A stretch of 64,000 nt of DNA from Macrostomum hystrix (GCA_950097015.1 CATNEN010000029.1:2356001-2420000), one strand, 5' to 3'. Positions 38,761 to 51,806 are shown, counted from the stretch's first letter. The notes: generated by a model not told the origin, from the letters alone. Numbers and translations: made by a program.

Positions 38761-38810
38761 ACAAATGATGGATTCTGGTTAGGCAGGAAGAGGTTTTAAT
38801 GTGAAACTGG

Positions 38811-39982
38811 ATTCTGCCTTAGGAAACGTACGAAGAATCGCAGCAGCCTTAGGAAACGTACGAAGAATCGCAGCAGCCTTAGGAAACGTACGACGAATTG
38901 CAGCTGAAATCACAGCAGCCTTAAGAAACGTACGACGAATTGCAGCTGAAATCACAGCAGCCTTAGGAAACGTACGACGAATTGCAGCTGAAATCACAGC
39001 AGCCTTAGGAAACGTACGAAGAATCGCAGCTGAAATCACAGCAGCCTTAGGAAACGTACGAAGAATCGTAGCTGAAATCACAGCAGCCTTAAGAAACGTA
39101 CGAAGAATCGTAGCTGAAATCACAGCAGCCTTAGGAAACGTACGAAGAATCGTAGCTGAAATCACAGCAGCCTTAGGAAACGTACGAAGAATCGTAGCTG
39201 AAATCACAGCAGCCTTAGGAAACGTACGAAGAATCGTAGCTGAAATCACAGCAGCCTTAAGAAACGTACGAAGAATCGTAGCTGAAATCACAGCAGCCTT
39301 AGGAAACGTACGAAGAATCGTAGCTGAAATCATAGCAGCCTTAGGAAACGTACGAAGAATCGTAGCTGAAATCACAGCAGCCTTAGGAAACGTACGAAGA
39401 ATCGTAGCTGAAATCATAGCAGCCTTGGAAACGTACGAAGAATCGTAGCTGAAATCACAGCAGCCTTAAGAAACGTACGAAGAATCGTAGCTGAAATCAC
39501 AGCAGCCTTAGGAAACGTACGAAGAATCGTAGCTGAAATCATAGCAGCCTTAGGAAACGTACGAAGAATCGTAGCTGAAATCACAGCAGCCTTAAGAAAC
39601 GTACGAAGAATCGCAGCTGAAATCACAGCAGCCTTAGGAAACGTACGAAGAATCGTAGCTGATATCACAGCAGCCTTAGGAAACGTACGAAGAATCGCAG
39701 CTGAAATCACAGCAGCCTTAGGAAACGTACGAAGAATCGTAGCTGATATCACAGCAGCCTTAGGAAACGTACGAAGAATCGTAGCTGAAATCACAGCAGC
39801 CTTAGGAAACGTACGAAGAATCGTAGCTGAAATCACAGCAGCCTTAGGAAACGTACGAAGAATCGTAGCTGAAATCACAGCACCCTTAGGAAACGTACGA
39901 AGAATCGCAGCTGAAATCACAGCGGCCTTAGGAAACGTACGAAGAATCGCAGCTGAAATCACAGCAGCCTTAGGAAACGTAT
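38811..39982. repeat. 42-bp minisatellite abutting the piggyBac end
   Basis: Unit GCCTTAGGAAACGTACGAAGAATCGTAGCTGAAATCACAGCA. Confidence 0.97.
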
Positions 39983-40260
39983 AAAGGAAACGAAAAGAAG
40001 AATAGGATGAATAATATATTAAATAAAGAATCCTCTTGAAGTACGAGTGAGTCGGTTCAGTTGAATAATAAAACCAAGAAACAGTTATCCGTTTCATTTA
40101 TTTAAGTTTATGATTTTGCATAAAAGCATGGCAATTGGTAAGTTAGTAAAACATGTCCTAGTTTTCAGCTGGTTCAGTTGCTTTATAAAAAATGAGATCG
40201 TAAATTTAAGGCCTAGCAATTGTTCTTTTGTGTTCCGCGATGTTCAATTCCAACGATTAA

Positions 40261-42857
40261 TTAGACGGAGCCCTTAAAAGAGTGATTGAAGAGTACGACA
40301 AACTCTGAAATGGCATTTGGTGAGGTAGAATTTTAAATTGTTAACAAGTTCAATGCTTTTACACGAGCGCGTGATTGAAAACCAATTAAACCACTGGGTG
40401 CCTGAATCTGAGGACCAATTAAACCACTGGGTGCCTGTATCTGAGGGCCAATTAAACCACTGTGTGCCTGAATCTGAGGAACAATTAAACCACTGGGTGC
40501 CTGAATCTGAGGACCAATTAAATCAATGGGTGCCTGAATCTGAGGACCAATTAAACCACTGGGTGCCTGTATCTGAGGGCCAATTAAACCACTGTGTGCC
40601 TGAATCTGAGGACCAATTAAACCACTGGGTGCCTGAATCTGAGGACCAATTAAATCAATGGGTGCCTGAATCTGAGGAACAATTAAACCACTGGGTGCCT
40701 GATTCTGAAGACCAATTAAAACACTGGAGACCTGAATCTGAGGACCAATTAAAACACAGGAGACCTAAATCTGAGGACCAATTAAAACACAGGAGACCTA
40801 AATCTGAGGACCAATTAAAACACAGGAGACCTAAATCTGAGGACCAATTAAAACAAAGGAGACCTGAATCTGAGGACCAATTAAAACACAGGAGACCTGA
40901 ATCTGAGGACCAATTTAAACACAGGAGACCTGAATCTGAGGACCAATTAAAACACAGGAGACCTAAATCTGAGGACCAATTAAAACACAGGAGACCTGAA
41001 TCTGAGGACCAATTAAAACACAGGAGACCTGAATCTGAGGACCAATTGACTCACCTTTGTAGCTGATTCGGCCGTCCTCATTAGTGTCGGCGAAGCGAAA
41101 CATCTCGTCCACCTCGTCGGCAGTGAGCTTCTCGCCGATGGAGGTGAGCACGAACTCCAGCTCCTGCCGGCTGATGTAGCCGTTGCTGTCGCGGTCAAAC
41201 ACCTGAGCGGATTTCATGAGAGAACTAAATACTGGCTTAAACTCGACATCAATAGGATGCCTCTTACCTGAAACGCGGACATAAGCTCGTGGTCCATCTC
41301 GCTGGCCGACTTGAACTTGTAATTCATCTTCATGATGCGAGCGAACTCGTTGAAGTCTATTTTGCCGTCGATCACTAAAAGAATTTTGTGATTGGATTTT
41401 GTCAAGCATCTACGAGCATACTTCTCGTAGTAGATTGGATACGAAGTAACTAGGATACAAACGAAACTATACTGCAACTGTTAAGAAATCCCTGACAAAA
41501 TGCAGTACTTGCTGCGATTCTAGCTGCTGTTCTTGCTGCGATTCTAACTGCAGTTCTTGCTGCGATTCTAGCTACTGTTCTTGCTGCGATTCTAGCTACA
41601 GTTCTTGCTGCGATTCTAGCTACTGTTCTTGCTGCGATTCTAGCTACAGTTCTTGCTGCGATTCTAGCTACTGTTCTTGCTGCGATTCTAGCTACAGTTC
41701 TTGCTGCGATTCTAGCTACTGTTCTTGCTGCGATTCTAGCTACTGTTCTTGCTGCGATTCTAGCTACTGTTCTTGCTGCGATTCTAGCTACTGTTCTTGC
41801 TGCGATTCTAGCTACAGTTCTTGCTGCGATTCTAGCTACTGTTCTTGCTGCGATTCTAGCTACAGTTCTTGCTGCGATTCTAGCTACTGTTCTTGCTGCG
41901 ATTCTAACTACAGTTCTTGCTGCGATTCTAGCTACAGTTCTTGCTGCGATTCTAGCTACTGTTCTTGCTGCGATTCTAGCTACAGTTCTTGCTGCGATTC
42001 TAGCTACTGTTCTTGCTGCGATTCTAACTACAGTTCTTGCTGCGATTCTAGCTACAGGTTTTGCTGCGATTCTAGCTACTGTTCTTGCTGCGATTCTAAC
42101 TACAGTTCTTGCTGCGATTCTAGCTACAGTTCTTGCTGCGATTCTAGCTACAGTTCTTGCTGCGATTCTAACTACAGTTCTTGCTGCGATTCTAGCTACA
42201 GCTCTTGCTGCGATTCTAGCTACTGTTCTTGCTGCGATTCTAGCTACAGTTCTTGCTGCGATTCTAGCTACTGTTCTTGCTGCGATTCTAGCTACAGTTC
42301 TTGCTGCGATTCTAGCTACTGTTCTTGCTGCGATTCTAACTGCAGTTCTTGCTGCAATTCTAGCTGCTATTCTACGAATATAATTTGAAGCTGTGGCTGA
42401 ATCCTCACCAATGACGTCGGCCTCTTTAATGATGCTGTCAATCTCGGCTTTGGTCGGGTTCTGGCCCAGCACCTGGAGGATGTGGCGCAGCTCCTGCGGC
42501 TCAATGTACCCGGACTTGTCCTGGTCGAAGATGGCAAACGCTTCCTGGAGCTCTGCGCCACAGAAAATAATTTTATGGAGTTTTTAATCTTCAAAGCTCG
42601 CACGTGTCGAAAGCTCAGTCTTATCACCTACAGTTTCATGAGGCTCTCACCTCTCACCTGTCGGAAGGTTAATCTTATCACCTACAGTTTCATGAGGCTC
42701 TCACCTGTCGGAGGTCAGTCTTATCACCGGATTCGATTTATTTTCTTATCAGCTGAAATAGTTTCACACCATCATGTAAAGAACGAAAGACAGCCTCACC
42801 TTCGAGCTCTTCGCCGCTAATTTTCAGCGCTTTCATCAGCTCCTGGTTGATCTTCAT
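40261..42857 (-). CDS. Calmodulin-like EF-hand protein, 5 coding exons (42857-42800, 42552-42409, 41374-41268, 41202-41055, 40304-40261), about 166 aa
   Basis: Spliced protein: [166 protein letters not shown]. All junctions are GT/AG and in phase. There is an acceptor at 42878 and a probable 5'UTR exon ending at about 44041 (cag|gtaagc). Confidence 0.9.
40372..41048. repeat. 33-bp minisatellite in calmodulin-like intron 4
   Basis: Unit AATTAAACCACTGGGTGCCTGAATCTGAGGACC grading into AATTAAAACACAGGAGACCTGAATCTGAGGACC. It begins a few nt from the donor site. Confidence 0.96.
41505..42370. repeat. 24-bp minisatellite in calmodulin-like intron 2
   Basis: Unit TTGCTGCGATTCTAGCTAC(T/A)GTTC. Confidence 0.97.
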
Positions 42858-43289
42858 GTCCGCCTCTCTCAGATCACCTGTAGTGAGCGAAGTGGGTGAA
42901 AAAGTGAATTTAACACTGCTCAAACATGCCTTAGTGCTGCTAGAAATTCAGCACATTATTTTTGCAGGGTGCGATAATGAAAATTAATTGATCGTTTTAG
43001 GAGGCCTGGATCTATCCTACATCCGTCCACCCCAACAACTCTCCACCTGCCCTCTCCAGTGGACTTGCTATGTCTTGAGCACTCTGCTCTCACCTAGCTA
43101 CTGCAGTCCAATTGTCTCCATGCGGGCACCTGTCGCCATTCTTTAACAGCGCATTCCTAACCTACCTACCCAACCCACCTTGAGACTCATTGGGCCAATT
43201 TAAAATGCTGAGAATAGTACTCAGTCTTTTAGCCTCTCTACATTGTCTGCTTCTGGGAAATCTATTAGACAGCTCATGGTAAGACGTCA

Positions 43290-44030
43290 GTAATTGGCTT
43301 CACTGGTGTACAGAACTCCTTCTAGACTGTCAGGAATTGGCTTCACTGGTGTACAGAACTCCTTCTAGACTGTCAGGAATTGGCTTCACTGGTGTACAGA
43401 AATCCTTCTAGACTGTCAGGAATTGGCTTCACTGGTGTACAGAAATCCTTCTAGACTGTCAGGAATTGGCTTCACTGGTGTACAGAAATCCTTCTAGACT
43501 GTCAGGAATTGGCTTCACTGGTGTACAGAAATCCTTCTAGACTGTCAGGAATTGGCTTCACTGGTGTACAGAAATCCTTCTAGACTGTCAGGAATTGGCT
43601 TCACTGGTGTACAGAACTCCTTCTAGACTGTCAGGAATTGACTTCACTGGTGTACAGAACTCCTTCTAGACTGTCAGGAATTGACTTCACTGGTGTACAG
43701 AAATCCCTCTAGACTGTCAGGAATTGGCTTCACTGGTGTACAGAAATCCTTCTAGACTGTCAGGAATTGGCTTCACTGGTGTACAGAAATCCTTCTAGAC
43801 TGTCAGGAATTGGCTTCACTGGTGTTCAGAAATCCTTCTAGACTGTCAGGAATTGGCTTCACTGGTGTTCAGAAATCCTTCTAGACTGTCAGGAATTGAC
43901 TTCACTGGTGTTCAGAACTCCTTCTAGACTGTCAGGAATTGACTTCACTGGTGTACAGAAATCCTTCTAGAGTGTCAGGAATTGACTTCACTGGTGTACA
44001 GAAATCCTTCTAGACTGTCAGGAATTGGCT
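43290..44030. repeat. 43-bp minisatellite in the probable 5'UTR intron of the calmodulin-like gene
   Basis: Unit AATTGGCTTCACTGGTGTACAGAAATCCTTCTAGACTGTCAGG. Confidence 0.96.
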
Positions 44031-45029
44031 TGGTGCTTACCTGCAGCTTGCCAGAGAGTGGTGAAATTTGCTGCCCGATGGATTTCAAGGAATGGCGCTG
44101 ATCTGCTTTAGTCAACAATATTAGCCTGAGGCGCTTCTGCTACAAAATTAGCTATAGACGGATCGCCGTAGAATGAACTACGCTGCAAATCTGCGCGAGC
44201 GGTTCTCCTGGTCGCTGTGCAAGCGTCTGCATCCTCTTTACCTGTGCCTCTCATCCCCATCCCTACCTTCAACAGTCCTGTCCGGACAGTCGGAATGGAC
44301 AAAGCGACCTTCAGCGCGAGGCAATCTGTCGGGAGTCGGGTGTACGCTTTAGGGAGACACAAGAACACGCTGAGAGAGGATGTTACCAGTACGGAAATAG
44401 AGAAATGGGAAATGCACGCCGAGGTATAATTGTTTCGCGGGTCGGAAGAAAAAACTGCCGCTGCTGTTGCAGCAAAAGCAGGCCCTATGCGCACGGGATT
44501 ATTTGCCAACGATTCCTGCGTAGATAATTCGCATCACTAAAATGCGCCCCTCCTCCATCTCCTTTTGGGCTTTCTGCGTCAGGAGGCTGCCTCGACCCCC
44601 ACCCTAGCAACTAGCTCTCTCCGTGTCTTTCCTTGCCCCTCGTCAATAATCCGGTTACATCAGGATGCGCCGGCCTCACTAAACGAATCATCAACTGTGG
44701 AGCCTTGCAGATTTTTAGAAGGCGAATTCGCTCGATTTATTATTTTCGAACGATCACTACACTATATATTACTTAAGCGCCCTGGAGGACAGTAGTCAAT
44801 TGCAAAATTATCAGAAAAATGTTCACTTTAAAAAATGTAATTAAAAGGGCAGAGGAACCTTTTATTACTTTTTGTGCAAATTTTTGTGCAAATTTTCTAG
44901 TAAAATGTAACATCACTGTGAATAGTCTAAGTTAGCATTACTCTCCATAGGGATACGACTGTCACAGCTCAAAAAGTGTAACTGTTGAAATAACATCTCT
45001 TATCACTGATGCATCATCTACCCTGTCTA

Positions 45030-45840
45030 TGTCTAATTTCTCATTTTGCCTCTGTCTCTTCCCTGTCTCATCTCTCCCTTATCTTATCTCTCCCCTGTCT
45101 CATCTCTCCCCTGTCTCATCTCTCCCCTGTCTCATCTCTCCCCTGTCTCATCTCTCACCTGTCTCATCTCTCACCTATCTCATCTCTCACCTGTCTCATC
45201 TCTCCCCTGTCTCATCTCTCACCTGTCTCATCTCTTCCGTGTCTCATCTCTCCCCTGTCTCATCTCTCCCCTGTCTCATTTCTCCCCTGTCTCATCTCCC
45301 CTGTCTCATCTCTCCCCTTTCTCATTTCTCCCCTGTCTCATCTCTCCCCTGTCTCATCTATCCACTCTCTTATCACTCCCCTGTCTCATCTCTTTCCTGT
45401 CTCATCTCATCCCTGTCTCATCTCCCCTGTCTCATCTCCCCTGTCTCATCTCCCCTGTCTCATCTCTCCCCTGTCTCATCTCTTTCTTGTCTCATCTCAT
45501 CCCTGTCTCATCTCATCCCTGTCTCATCTCATCCTTGTCTCATCTCCCCTGTCTCATCTCTCCCCTTTCTCATTTCTCCCTTGTCTCATCTCTCCCCTGT
45601 CTCATCTCTTTCCTGTCTCATCTCATCCCTGTCTCATCTCTTTCTGTCTCATCTCTTTCTGTCTCATCTCTTCCCTCTTATCCCTCTTATCTATTCTATG
45701 TCTCAGCGCTCTGCTATTGAATCTCTCTCTTTTCTCATCTCTTCCCTGTCTCATCTCATCCCTGTCTCATCTTTTCCCTGTGTCATCTTTTCCCTGTCTC
45801 CTATTTCCCCTGTGTCTACACTACCCTGTCACATCTCCTC
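45030..45840. repeat. Degenerate pyrimidine-rich microsatellite
   Basis: Variants of CTGTCTCATCTCTCC(C), 13-17 bp. Confidence 0.93.
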
Positions 45841-46564
45841 CCCGTCTCCCCGTCCCCGTCTTATAGTTTCCATCTCACCTCGCTCAAATGCAGTCCCCCA
45901 ATCTATCAATCACATTCAGTTATTTACATTCCTACTGTCCCACGAGACATATAAGGTTGGCGGCCCCGTGATAAACAGATTCGAGTTGAATTGGTGCAGA
46001 TTATAAAAACCGATTTAATACACAGGAAAGCGTGATACCCTAGGCAGAAGTTAGACTCTAAAAATAGCTGCTCATTTAGAGCTCTCTGTACGCTGTCATA
46101 CGTTGAGGTTGAGACCAATTATTAGCCTGTCAACAAGCAGATCTAGCCTACTAGGGGGCAGATGCTAACTTGGGTTCGCTGCTAGGGCAAGGGCGGGGCG
46201 AGCCAGTATAGTTTGTTCTACCGCGTCAGTGTTTAGAAAGCGCCAGTTTTTTGTGGATTGAATCAGCCAATGGTGGGTCGGCTACCCGAAAGCACTAATC
46301 CCAGTCAGCCGGTTCTTGTTGACACACTATTCCCTGCTTGCAGCTGCTTGTTTCTGCTATCTGGATTTTCAGAAATCTAAAAATAGACAAAGCACGTGTC
46401 TTTCTCTTTCACCTCTCCCTGGCCAGGCCAGTCTGGGAAACGGACAACAAAAGATAAGCTGCCTGTGCGTGTAGTGCAAATAGAAAAGCTGGATTCAATT
46501 TCAATTAATAAATGTGTAGGATTTGTGCAACTGTATTGTATCATCCATATTTCTAAGGGAATAA

Positions 46565-46870
46565 TTTCTGTAGATCTAAAGAAAGATTATCTGATGGAAG
46601 AATATCTGCAGATCTGATGGAAGATTGTCTGTAGATCTGATGGAAGATTATCTGATGGAAGAATATCTGTAGATCTGATGGAAGATTGTCTATAGATCTG
46701 ATGAAAGATTGTCTGTAGATCTGATGGAAGATTGTCTGTAGATCTGATTGATGATTGTCTCCAGATCTGATAAAAGAATATCGGTAGATCTGATGGAAGA
46801 TTGTCTGTAGATCTGATGAAAGATTGTCTGTAGATCTGATGGCAGAATATCTGTAGATCTTAGATCTGTA
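46565..46870. repeat. 23-bp AGATCT-containing satellite, left flank of the macro-repeat
   Basis: Variants of TCTGTAGATCTGATGGAAGATTG, the same family as the spacer inside each 2.31-kb unit. Confidence 0.93.
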
Positions 46871-47076
46871 GTAAACAAAATTTAGCAAGAAATAAAATAT
46901 AATAAACTAAAAATGAAGCAGTATTTTGTTATTCAGAATGCTGCATAGATCATGAACTCATTCTGTTCTATTTCAGACAGTTTCGGCATAGGAAACAGGC
47001 TGACGAATAACAAACAGTTGCCCGAGGTCATTCCGTCCACAAAAACACCAGTGCAATCCAGCCCAGTCAAAATGAC

Positions 47077-47083
47077 TATAAAT
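47077..47083 (+). promoter_or_regulatory. TATA box of the repeated mini-gene (also at 49387, 51699, 54011)
   Basis: TATAAAT lies 108 nt upstream of the ATG in each complete unit. Confidence 0.55.
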
Positions 47084-47184
47084 ATGCGCCCTGTCCGATG
47101 CACTAACTCCAACTCTTATTTCAGCGTTAAAGCGTTTCGCCAATTCAGATCCGAAAACAATCAAGCAAAACTTTCAACTGCAAG

Positions 47185-47322
47185 ATGAAGCCCGCCGACA
47201 AGAAAGTAGATGCCGCCGCTGGTGCCAAGCAGCACGACGCCAAGCAGCACGACGCCAAGCAGCACGACGCCAAGGCGCCGCCGGCCCAGGGCCAGCAGTC
47301 CAAACCTGCGCATAAGAAGTGA
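47185..47322 (+). CDS. Putative 45-aa microprotein, copy 1
   Basis: caagATG context; MKPADKKVDAAAGAKQHDAKQHDAKQHDAKAPPAQGQQSKPAHKK*. It is a GC-rich island with codon usage like the DMXL exons (GCC, AAG, CAG, GAC). AATAAA at 47578-47583. Confidence 0.7.
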   Translation: MKPADKKVDAAAGAKQHDAKQHDAKQHDAKAPPAQGQQSKPAHKK

Positions 47323-49494
47323 AGCTCCCGCGCCTGATCGGGATCTACTTTGCACTCGTGTAATTTTCAGCTACTAATTAGTAGTATCTTACAAGTATTC
47401 GTATACTTGGCAACTATTGCCGAATTCTAAACAAATATTAATTCTATATAAATCAGTCAAGCTAATCAGATAAGATCATACAGAAAAGACTGAGTATTTC
47501 ACTGAGGTGCTGATAATCTGTATTCAGTAATTTATTGTGCACCAGGTGATCTGACATTTCCAACGAGTAACCTCTCAAATAAACAATGTACAATATGTAC
47601 CAAGTAGTTCACTAAGTGACTACATCTACTAAAATTTGTGAAGATAAATTCATGTTAGAAACTGAATTCTTTTTTGACTATTCATATGTCAGTGTTTGCG
47701 GCAAATTAGTTAACAGGCAAATATGCATATGATACCTGCATATACCTGCATGAAAACTCAAACGGCAAAACTGCTTGACTTAAAAGCAAACAGAAAGCAC
47801 GCCGTGCCATAGACAAAATAATTGTCTGTAGATCTGATGCAAGAATATCTGTAGATCTGATGCAAGAATATCTGTAGATCTGATGGAAGATTATCTGTAG
47901 ATCTGATGAAAGAATATCTGCAGATCTGATGGCAGAATCTCTGTAGATCTGATGCATGAATATCTGTAGATCTGATGGTAGAATATCTGAAAATTTTTTG
48001 AAAGATTATCTTTAGATCTGATGCAAGAATATCTGTAGATCTGATGCAAGAATATCTGTAGATCTGATGGAAGATTATCTGTAGATCTGATGAAAGAATA
48101 TCTGCAGATCTGATGGCAGAATGTCTGTAGATCTGATGCATGAATATCTGTAGATCTGATGGTAGAATATCTGAAAATTTTTTGAAAGATTGTCTGTAGA
48201 TCTGATGCAAGAATATCTGTAGATCTGATGCAAGAATATCTGTAGATCTGATGGAAGATTATCTGTAGATCTGATGAAAGAATATCTGCAGATCTGATGG
48301 CAGAATGTCTGTAGATCTGATGCATGAATATCTGTAGATCTGGTGGCAGATTATCTGTAGATCTGATGAAAGATTGTCTGGAGATCTGATGCAATAATAT
48401 CTGTAGATCTGAGGCAAGAATATCTGTAGATCTGGTGTAAGATTATATGTAGATCTGGTTGCAGATTATCTGTAGATCTGGTGGCAGATTATCTGTAGAT
48501 CTGATGAAAGATTGTCTGTAGATCTGATGCAATAATATCTGTAGATCTGAGGCAAGAATATCTGTAGATCTGATGCAAGATTGTCTGTAGATCTGATGCA
48601 AGAATATCTGTAGATCTCATAAAAGATTGTCTGTAGATCTGGTGCAAGAATATCTGTAGATCTGGTGGCAGATTATCTGTAGATCTGATGAAAGATCGTC
48701 TGTAGATCTGAGGCAAGAATAACTGTAGATCTCATAAAAGATTGTCTGTAGATCTGATGCAAGAATATCTGTAGATCTGATGCAAGAATATCTGTAGATC
48801 TGATGCAAGAATATCTGTAGATCTGGTGGCAGATTGTCTGTAGATCTGATGCAATAATATCTGTAGATCTGAGGCAAGAATATCTGTAGATCTGATGCAA
48901 TAATATCTGTAGATCTGATGTAAGATTATATGTAAATCTGATGAAAATAGATGTATAGATCTGGTGGCAGATTATCTGTAGATCTGATGAAAGATTGTCT
49001 GTAGATCTGAGGCAAGAATATCTGTAGATCTGATGTATGAATATCTGTAGATCTGATGGTAGAATATCTGAAAATTTGATGAAAGATTGTCTGTAGATCT
49101 GATGAAAGATTGTCTGTAGATGTGATGAAATATACCCATTGGGTTTGATTGTCCCAAGTCTTGCAGCTTATAATTTTTATTGAAAACAAGATAAAGCAAG
49201 AAATATAAAATATAAATTAAAAATGAAGCCGTATTTTGTTATTCAGAATGCTGCATGGATCATGAACTCATTCTGTTCTATTTCAGACAGTTTCGGCATA
49301 GGAAACAGGCTGACGAATAACAAAAAGTTGCCCGAGGTCATTCCGTCCACAAAAACACCAGTGCAATCCAGCCCAGTCAAAATGACTATAAATATGCGCC
49401 CTGTCCGATGCACTAACTCCAACTCTTATTTTAGCGTTAAAGCGTTTCGCCAATTCAGATCCGAAAACAATCAAGCAAAACTTTCAACTGCAAG

Positions 49495-49638
49495 ATGAAT
49501 CCCGCCGACAAGAAAATAGATGCCGCCGCTGGTGCCAAGCAGCAGGACGCCAGGGCGCCGCCGGCCCAGGGCCAGCAGCACGACGCCAAGGCGCCGCCGG
49601 CCCAGGGCCAGCAGCCCAATCCTGCGCATAAGAAGTGA
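49495..49638 (+). CDS. Putative 47-aa microprotein, copy 2
   Basis: MNPADKKIDAAAGAKQQDARAPPAQGQQHDAKAPPAQGQQPNPAHKK*. The frame is preserved relative to copy 1 despite rearrangement of the internal repeats. Confidence 0.7.
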   Translation: MNPADKKIDAAAGAKQQDARAPPAQGQQHDAKAPPAQGQQPNPAHKK

Positions 49639-51806
49639 AGCTCCCGCGCCTGATCGGGATCTACTTTGCACTCGTGTAATTTTCAGCTACTAATTAGTAG
49701 TATCTTACAAGTATTCGTATACTTGGCAACTATTGCCGAATTCTAAACAAATATTCTATATAAATCAGTCAAGCTAATCAGATAAGATCATACAGAAAAG
49801 ACTGAGTATTTCACTGAGGTGCTGATAATCTGTATTCAGTAATTTATTGTGCACCAGGTGATCTGACATTTCCAACGAGTAACCTCTCAAATAAACAATG
49901 TACAATATGTACCAAGTAGTTCACTAAGTGACTACATCTACTAAAATTTGTGAAGATAAATTCATGTTAGAAACTGAATTCTTTTTTGACTATTCATATG
50001 TCAGTGTTTGCGGCAAATTAGTTAACAGGCAAATATGCATATGATACCTGCATATACCTGCATGAAAACTCAAACGGCAAAACTGCTTGACTTAAAAGCA
50101 AACAGAAAGCACGCCGTGCCATAGACAAAATAATTGTCTGTAGATCTGATGCAAGAATATCTGTAGATCTGATGCAAGAATATCTGTAGATCTGATGGAA
50201 GATTATCTGTAGATCTGATGAAAGAATATCTGCAGATCTGATGGCAGAATCTCTGTAGATCTGATGCATGAATATCTGTAGATCTGATGGTAGAATATCT
50301 GAAAATTTTTTGAAAGATTATCTTTAGATCTGATGCAAGAATATCTGTAGATCTGATGCAAGAATATCTGTAGATCTGATGGAAGATTATCTGTAGATCT
50401 GATGAAAGAATATCTGCAGATCTGATGGCAGAATGTCTGTAGATCTGATGCATGAATATCTGTAGATCTGATGGTAGAATATCTGAAAATTTTTTGAAAG
50501 ATTGTCTGTAGATCTGATGCAAGAATATCTGTAGATCTGATGCAAGAATATCTGTAGATCTGATGGAAGATTATCTGTAGATCTGATGAAAGAATATCTG
50601 CAGATCTGATGGCAGAATGTCTGTAGATCTGATGCATGAATATCTGTAGATCTGGTGGCAGATTATCTGTAGATCTGATGAAAGATTGTCTGGAGATCTG
50701 ATGCAATAATATCTGTAGATCTGAGGCAAGAATATCTGTAGATCTGGTGTAAGATTATATGTAGATCTGGTTGCAGATTATCTGTAGATCTGGTGGCAGA
50801 TTATCTGTAGATCTGATGAAAGATTGTCTGTAGATCTGATGCAATAATATCTGTAGATCTGAGGCAAGAATATCTGTAGATCTGATGCAAGATTGTCTGT
50901 AGATCTGATGCAAGAATATCTGTAGATCTCATAAAAGATTGTCTGTAGATCTGGTGCAAGAATATCTGTAGATCTGGTGGCAGATTATCTGTAGATCTGA
51001 TGAAAGATCGTCTGTAGATCTGAGGCAAGAATAACTGTAGATCTCATAAAAGATTGTCTGTAGATCTGATGCAAGAATATCTGTAGATCTGATGCAAGAA
51101 TATCTGTAGATCTGATGCAAGAATATCTGTAGATCTGGTGGCAGATTGTCTGTAGATCTGATGCAATAATATCTGTAGATCTGAGGCAAGAATATCTGTA
51201 GATCTGATGCAATAATATCTGTAGATCTGATGTAAGATTATATGTAAATCTGATGAAAATAGATGTATAGATCTGGTGGCAGATTATCTGTAGATCTGAT
51301 GAAAGATTGTCTGTAGATCTGAGGCAAGAATATCTGTAGATCTGATGTATGAATATCTGTAGATCTGATGGTAGAATATCTGAAAATTTGATGAAAGATT
51401 GTCTGTAGATCTGATGAAAGATTGTCTGTAGATGTGATGAAATATACCCATTGGGTTTGATTGTCCCAAGTCTTGCAGCTTATAATTTTTATTGAAAACA
51501 AGATAAAGCAAGAAATATAAAATATAAATTAAAAATGAAGCCGTATTTTGTTATTCAGAATGCTGCATGGATCATGAACTCATTCTGTTCTATTTCAGAC
51601 AGTTTCGGCATAGGAAACAGGCTGACGAATAACAAAAAGTTGCCCGAGGTCATTCCGTCCACAAAAACACCAGTGCAATCCAGCCCAGTCAAAATGACTA
51701 TAAATATGCGCCCTGTCCGATGCACTAACTCCAACTCTTATTTTAGCGTTAAAGCGTTTCGCCAATTCAGATCCGAAAACAATCAAGCAAAACTTTCAAC
51801 TGCAAG

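Noticed and set aside
38779-42472. Repetitive ORFs ([29 protein letters not shown])
   Set aside because: They are minisatellite translations lying in introns or intergenic DNA.
44108-44509. 133-aa minus-strand ORF
   Set aside because: It has a TTG start and no recognisable domain, and it lies in the probable promoter/5'UTR of the calmodulin-like gene.
46952-47188. ORF-track ORFs MNSFCS.../MKPYFV... and their antisense partners in each macro-repeat unit
   Set aside because: They run through the TATA box and leader and are AT-rich. Copy 1 has a stop that copies 2 and 3 lack. The downstream GC-rich small ORF has much better coding signals.
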